Positions 62,731 through 64,000 of a stretch of 64,000 nucleotides of DNA are shown here, piece by piece. Every line of letters starts with the position of its first letter. The first letter of the stretch is position 1. The stretch covers positions 22,692,001-22,756,000 of the forward strand of contig CM052847.1 of the NCBI GenBank assembly GCA_028534125.1. The letters are read 5' to 3'. Made by a program: the position numbers and the translations under genes. This stretch comes from Lama glama. Taxonomy: Eukaryota. The notes below the pieces were generated by a model. The model did not search any database. It saw only the letters and a list, made by a program, of their open reading frames with translations, and was not told the DNA's origin.

Positions 62731-64000
62731 CCTTTGATGCTGGGTTCGATGCACTGCACTCCGTAATCGGGAGTAAAATCAGGGGGTGGAGGAAGAGTGG
62801 GGAGCAGAAGGGTGGAGCCTGGACAGAGGAGACCCAGCAGACGTGGGGACGGTGGCAGTGCTGGCGAGAGGCCAGGCATCCAGGGACGAGGGCTCCACAG
62901 GACCAGTGACAGGCGTCAAAGCCCAGAAAGAAAAGGGCCCTCCGTGGGGCCTCCAGCCCCCAGCCAGGAGCTTCTCCTGGGGACACTGGGAAGGGAGAGC
63001 CACCGCAGCTCCCCAGCAGGGCTGACTCAGCTTCCTTCCCTGTGCTGCTTCTGTAATGAATAAAATCATGCAATTAATTAATACGCAAAAGCAAAGAGGC
63101 TGATTTCACGGATTTGCCGTTAAATCAGGGAAGACGTGGTCTGTGAGCAACTCCAGGGCTCCCTGTGCAGGACTTTCACTGAGGGACCAGCGTGTCGCTG
63201 CGTCCAGAAGATTCATGACGACCGTGCACCAGGGCCAAAGCGTGTGCTTCGCAGGCGGAAGTGTCCGCAGGAACCTTGGATGTGGCCTCCATCCTCCCCG
63301 CAGAGGCTGGCAGTCAGGCGGATACATAAACACGTAAATGTGTGTCCGTCGGAGCAGAGCAGAGGCCCCGCCGGGAAGCACTGAGCTTTTCTGCGTGTGG
63401 GTTAATGAGGTGTGGCTTCGTCCTCGTCCTGACTGGAGGAGGCACCACAGCGGCAGCATCAGAAGAGAGAGTCCGGCCAAGCTGGGGGCCCTCGTCCTCA
63501 CCGATCAGAGTCTCCCCTGACGTGGGGTAGCGCTGGCAGATTTCCATGACTCGAACAGGCCCTCCTGGCGACTTACCTTCTGCAGCAAAGCTCAGGCCTG
63601 CGTCTTTCTATATTTATTTTTATTTCAGTTGCCAGGAAATTATTCTCTTCAGTTTTTTGGTAGTTTGACTGGTTTCATTTCATTCAGGCAATATGTGTTT
63701 GGGGCAAAAGCCTGAGAGCTCCCAGGAATCATGAGATGCAGTCTCTTCTCAAGAAAAGGGATTGACCCTTCTCGGGCGCCCAGTGCATCCTGTTTTTCCT
63801 AAAGACATCTCGAGCTTTCATCTCACCCAAAGTAAAAGGTTAAATCGGTGCACATTGAGGGGGCGGCAAGAAGGGGCTGCTCACGGCCTTTTTTATCACC
63901 GGCGGTGCCTCTTTTCCACCCTGTTGGGTAATCGTGTCGAGTCTCCCCCAGAAGACCCCGCAGACGATGCTGATTATACTGGTTTGAAATACCTGGTAAT

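Noticed and set aside
63571-63700. Minus-strand donor (AAG|gtaagt) with a short open frame
   Set aside because: No matching acceptor before an in-frame stop; no recognisable product.

Overview
GC- and CpG-rich eutherian (probably laurasiatherian) nuclear DNA with a subtelomeric-type composition. I recognise no protein-coding gene, RNA gene or prokaryote-type system. The six-frame ORFs are chance products of high GC and low complexity, except one dead L1 reverse-transcriptase fragment (58101-58322, minus strand). What can be supported: (1) two independently inserted solo LTRs of one ERV1-class family (3308-3839 and 34381-34859), each with its own 4-bp target-site duplication (TSD); (2) an older ERV1-like LTR, seven MLT1 (MaLR) LTRs, L1, L2, CR1/L3 and MIR fragments, and MER20, MER3, MER58 and MER5-type DNA transposon relics; (3) several tandem and simple repeats; (4) an exactly 500-N scaffold gap. 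Between these lie short AT-rich islands dense in homeodomain/TALE motifs that resemble conserved developmental enhancers. The most interesting observations are a perfect SOX-OCT composite (CATTGTTATGCAAAT) in only one of the two sister LTRs, apparently created partly by CpG decay; paired homeodomain sites in the AT-rich islands; a 9-of-10 minus-strand bias of LTRs; and one well-formed orphan exon candidate (40938-41025, minus). Repeat family names come from recalled consensus sequences, not a database search. Boundaries of old repeats are approximate. I found no previously undescribed system that I can support with confidence.
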